A stretch of DNA of 28,302 nucleotides from an uncultured Phycisphaerales bacterium (GTDB taxonomy: Bacteria; Planctomycetota; Phycisphaerae; Phycisphaerales; SM1A02). Shown piece after piece: positions 25,886 to 28,302 of this stretch. Below the pieces are notes generated by a model. The model saw only the letters and a program-made list of their open reading frames with translations. It was not told the origin of the DNA and made no database searches. Position 1 is the first letter of the stretch, and every line of letters begins with the position of its first letter. The DNA lies in NCBI GenBank assembly GCA_938084645.1, contig CALKEP010000023.1, positions 1 to 28,302 on the forward strand. The letters run 5' to 3'. Both the position numbers and the translations under genes were made by a program.

Positions 25886-27433
25886 ATGAGCCGAACGACT
25901 CGTTTCACCGGACTCGCAGCCCTCGCGGGCGTCGCCATGCTTGGTGCCGCCGCGCATGCGGGCATCGAAGGCGACGATTGCGAAAGCGCGATCGAAATCA
26001 TGCCGAACACGTCCTATGCGTTCAACACCGCCGTCATGAATCCCAGTTTCGTGGTCGGGAACGACGCCCAGTGCCCGGGTACGTTCCTGAACTGGTTCTC
26101 GAGCCAGCGGGACGTCTGGTACACCTGGACGCCCGACTCGGACGCCTCGGTCCTCTTCTCGACTTGCGACTCGAGCAGCTACGACACTTCGATCATCATC
26201 TACGAAGGTGGTTGCACGACCGGCGATCAGATCGCCTGCAACGGTGACGCGGCGGACGACACCGGTTGCCAGCAGTACCACGCGTCGGTGCTCGTCGACG
26301 TCACCGCCGGCAACACCTACTACATGCGTATCGGTGGGTACAACGGCGCGACCGGTCCCGGAACCTTCTCCGCGGACGTCTGTGAAGGCAACACCGTCAC
26401 GGTCTGCTCCAGCGGTTGCGACTTCACGAGCATCGCCGCGGCGATCAACTCGGCGGGTTGCGACACCACGATCGAGCTCGGCCCCGGCACCTACAACGCC
26501 TTCTCGCAGATCACCTCGGGCAGCAACTTCACCCTTCGCGGTCAGGTCGACAAGGATGGCAACCCGACCACCATTCTGCAGGGCAACAACAACCGCGGCT
26601 TCCTCAACCAGGGCGGAAACCAGGGCTTCGAGAACCTGATCTTCCAGGGCTTCAGCTCTGGTGGAGACGGTGGCGCGATCCTCAACGGAGGCAACGCCTT
26701 CATCCGCAACTGCGTCTTCCGCAACAACAACTCCAACGCCGGTGGCGGAGCGATCTGCTTCGTCGGCGCCCAGATGTCGGAGATCACCGACACGCTGTTC
26801 GAGAACAACACGGCGGCCTACGGCGGTGCCACCTTCTTCCCGGCCAACGGCGGCTTCAATCAGCCGGTGTTCACCGGCTGTGCGTGGCTCAACAACACCG
26901 CCTCCGGTCCCGGCGGCGCCGTGGCCACGGGTGGTAGCTGGGCTCAGTTCTACGGCTGCCTCTTCGAAGGCAACGTCGGCCAGCTCGCGGGCGGTGGCTG
27001 GAACTGGACCGGTGGTGGTGCCATGCACTTCAACGCCGGTGGACAGCCCCGACTCGAGGACTGCGTCGTCTCCAACAACACCGCCGGTGGTGCCCAGTGC
27101 GGTGGTGCGATCTGGTCGGGTGGTGATACCGTCGTCACGATCGTCAACAGCACCATCTGCAACAACGACTGCGACGGAAACATCAATGCTTACTTTGGTG
27201 GTAACGGCACCATCGTCGACGGCGGTGGCAACGATGTTTCCGCCGAATGTGCCGATCCGTTCTGCCTTGGTGACATCAACCTCGACTCCGTGGTGAACGC
27301 GGCCGACCTTGGCCTGCTCATCGGCGAGTGGGGCTGCAAGGGCGAATGCGTCGCCGACCTCAACGAGGACGGCATGGTCAACGCGGCCGACCTCGGGCTC
27401 CTCATCGGTGCCTGGGGTCCGTGCGGCGGCTGA
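25886..27433 (+). CDS. Secreted Cys/Gly/Asn-rich protein with right-handed beta-helix repeats and C-terminal tandem dockerin-like repeats
   Basis: GGAGAG upstream, signal peptide, N-terminal DVWY..STC..YDT..YYMRIGGY beta-sandwich, TIELGPGTY, repeated FxxN..GGA(I/V/M), two D-x-N-x-D-x-x-VNAADLGLLIG-x-WG repeats. Confidence 0.85.
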   Translation: MSRTTRFTGLAALAGVAMLGAAAHAGIEGDDCESAIEIMPNTSYAFNTAVMNPSFVVGNDAQCPGTFLNWFSSQRDVWYTWTPDSDASVLFSTCDSSSYDTSIIIYEGGCTTGDQIACNGDAADDTGCQQYHASVLVDVTAGNTYYMRIGGYNGATGPGTFSADVCEGNTVTVCSSGCDFTSIAAAINSAGCDTTIELGPGTYNAFSQITSGSNFTLRGQVDKDGNPTTILQGNNNRGFLNQGGNQGFENLIFQGFSSGGDGGAILNGGNAFIRNCVFRNNNSNAGGGAICFVGAQMSEITDTLFENNTAAYGGATFFPANGGFNQPVFTGCAWLNNTASGPGGAVATGGSWAQFYGCLFEGNVGQLAGGGWNWTGGGAMHFNAGGQPRLEDCVVSNNTAGGAQCGGAIWSGGDTVVTIVNSTICNNDCDGNINAYFGGNGTIVDGGGNDVSAECADPFCLGDINLDSVVNAADLGLLIGEWGCKGECVADLNEDGMVNAADLGLLIGAWGPCGG

Positions 27434-27464
27434 TTGGCTCTGATCCTCCTGATCGGCCAGAACG

Positions 27465-27500
27465 GGCCTGTCACCTGCGTCTTCACGCAGGTGGCAGGCC
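27465..27500 (+). terminator. Strong hairpin after the beta-helix gene
   Basis: GGCCTGTCACCTGCGT-cttc-ACGCAGGTGGCAGGCC (16 bp, one U-G pair); no U-tract. Confidence 0.55.
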
Positions 27501-27670
27501 TCGGCCGTTCAAGGTGGTAGACCGGGAATCCGTGGTCTGGAGCTGATGCTCCGGCGGCGGGTGCAACGGGCGTTGAAAGATGCTGGTTTTGAGGGGATTC
27601 CGGGCTTCGCCGAGGAATGAGCGTATAGTTTCGAAGTCCTCTGATTGATCCATTACGGGAAGAAAAGATC

Positions 27671-28302
27671 ATGTGGAATTCGATGAAGATGACGACTCTC
27701 GGGGCGCTTGTGGCTTCGGTCGTCACAGTCGCGTCGCCGGGGGCGTTCGGCCAGTCCGGTGATCACTCGGTGGCGAGGCAGTGGAACGAGATCACCCTCG
27801 AATCGATTCGAAACGACTTCGCCAGACCGGTGGTCCACGCCCGGAACCTGTTCCACCTCGCTGCAGCGATGTGGGACGCGTGGTCGTGCTTCGAGCCCGA
27901 GTCCCAGCCCTGGTTGTTCGACGAGAACGGGATCTCCACTCGTGATCTCGAGGAGGCCCGCCGTACCGCGATCTCGTACGCGGCCTACCGGATCCTGAAT
28001 CACCGCTTCGCGGAGTCGCCGGGTTTCGACGAGCTCGGTCCGGAGTACGACGCGCTCATGCTCGAGCTCGGTCTTGACCCCGCCTACGTCGAGACCAACG
28101 GGAACGACCCCGCCGCGATCGGGAATCGGATCGCCGAGGCCTACATCGTCTTCGGTGAGTACGACAACGCGAACGAACAAGACGACTACGCGAACCAGTG
28201 GTACCGCCCGGTGAACCTCCCGATCTTTCCGGAGGAGCCCGGCAATCTGCTTCAGCGACCGAACCGCTGGCAGCCCATCGGATTCGAAGAGTTCATCGAT
28301 CA
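27671..28302 (+). CDS. Secreted vanadium-dependent haloperoxidase-like protein; partial, runs off the window end
   Basis: Not in the ORF track because it has no stop in the window. MWNSMKMTTLGALVASVVTVASPGAFGQ signal, then HSVARQWNEITLESIRNDFARPVVHARNLFHLAAAMWDAW..AISYAAYRIL..PAAIGNRIA..PNRWQP. The vanadate-binding motifs would lie beyond the window. TATAGT -10 at 27624-27629. Confidence 0.72.
   Translation, partial: MWNSMKMTTLGALVASVVTVASPGAFGQSGDHSVARQWNEITLESIRNDFARPVVHARNLFHLAAAMWDAWSCFEPESQPWLFDENGISTRDLEEARRTAISYAAYRILNHRFAESPGFDELGPEYDALMLELGLDPAYVETNGNDPAAIGNRIAEAYIVFGEYDNANEQDDYANQWYRPVNLPIFPEEPGNLLQRPNRWQPIGFEEFID

Overview
GC-rich bacterial chromosomal segment. The source is probably a Planctomycete of the Phycisphaerae/Phycisphaerales type; this is inferred from the C-terminal tandem D-x-N-x-D dockerin-like repeats, the CxxC..CxxC membrane protein, the Tat-exported Gfo/Idh/MocA enzyme and the DUF1080 fusion. 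The central block (2.5-19.7 kb) is mostly housekeeping: tRNA-Val, a DUF3482-type GTPase with a DUF2868-type membrane partner, tatA, a degenerate SGNH protein, mltA, a coiled-coil/winged-helix protein, a UbiD/MqnL-type decarboxylase, an ABC exporter, proC, accA, a DksA/TraR protein with a histone-like tail, lspA, truB, tRNA-Ser and tRNA-Pro. Both flanks carry secreted enzymes: an oxidoreductase, a serine hydrolase, a LamG-metallophosphoesterase, a sialidase-DUF1080 fusion, a beta-helix protein and a truncated vanadium haloperoxidase-like gene. No integrase, transposase, CRISPR array or rRNA was seen. The most interesting observations are: a candidate Rok/H-NS-like nucleoid protein behind an AT-rich promoter region; a one-cysteine DksA with nine KKAPA repeats and a perfect 28-bp palindrome in its leader; a GTPase/membrane-protein pair sharing a Gly/Ala hairpin domain; a catalytically dead SGNH protein divergent from mltA; recurring leaderless-type promoters, including a symmetric bidirectional truB/tRNA promoter; and a coupled pair of small unknown genes. 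All family assignments come from motif recognition by eye, not from database searches.
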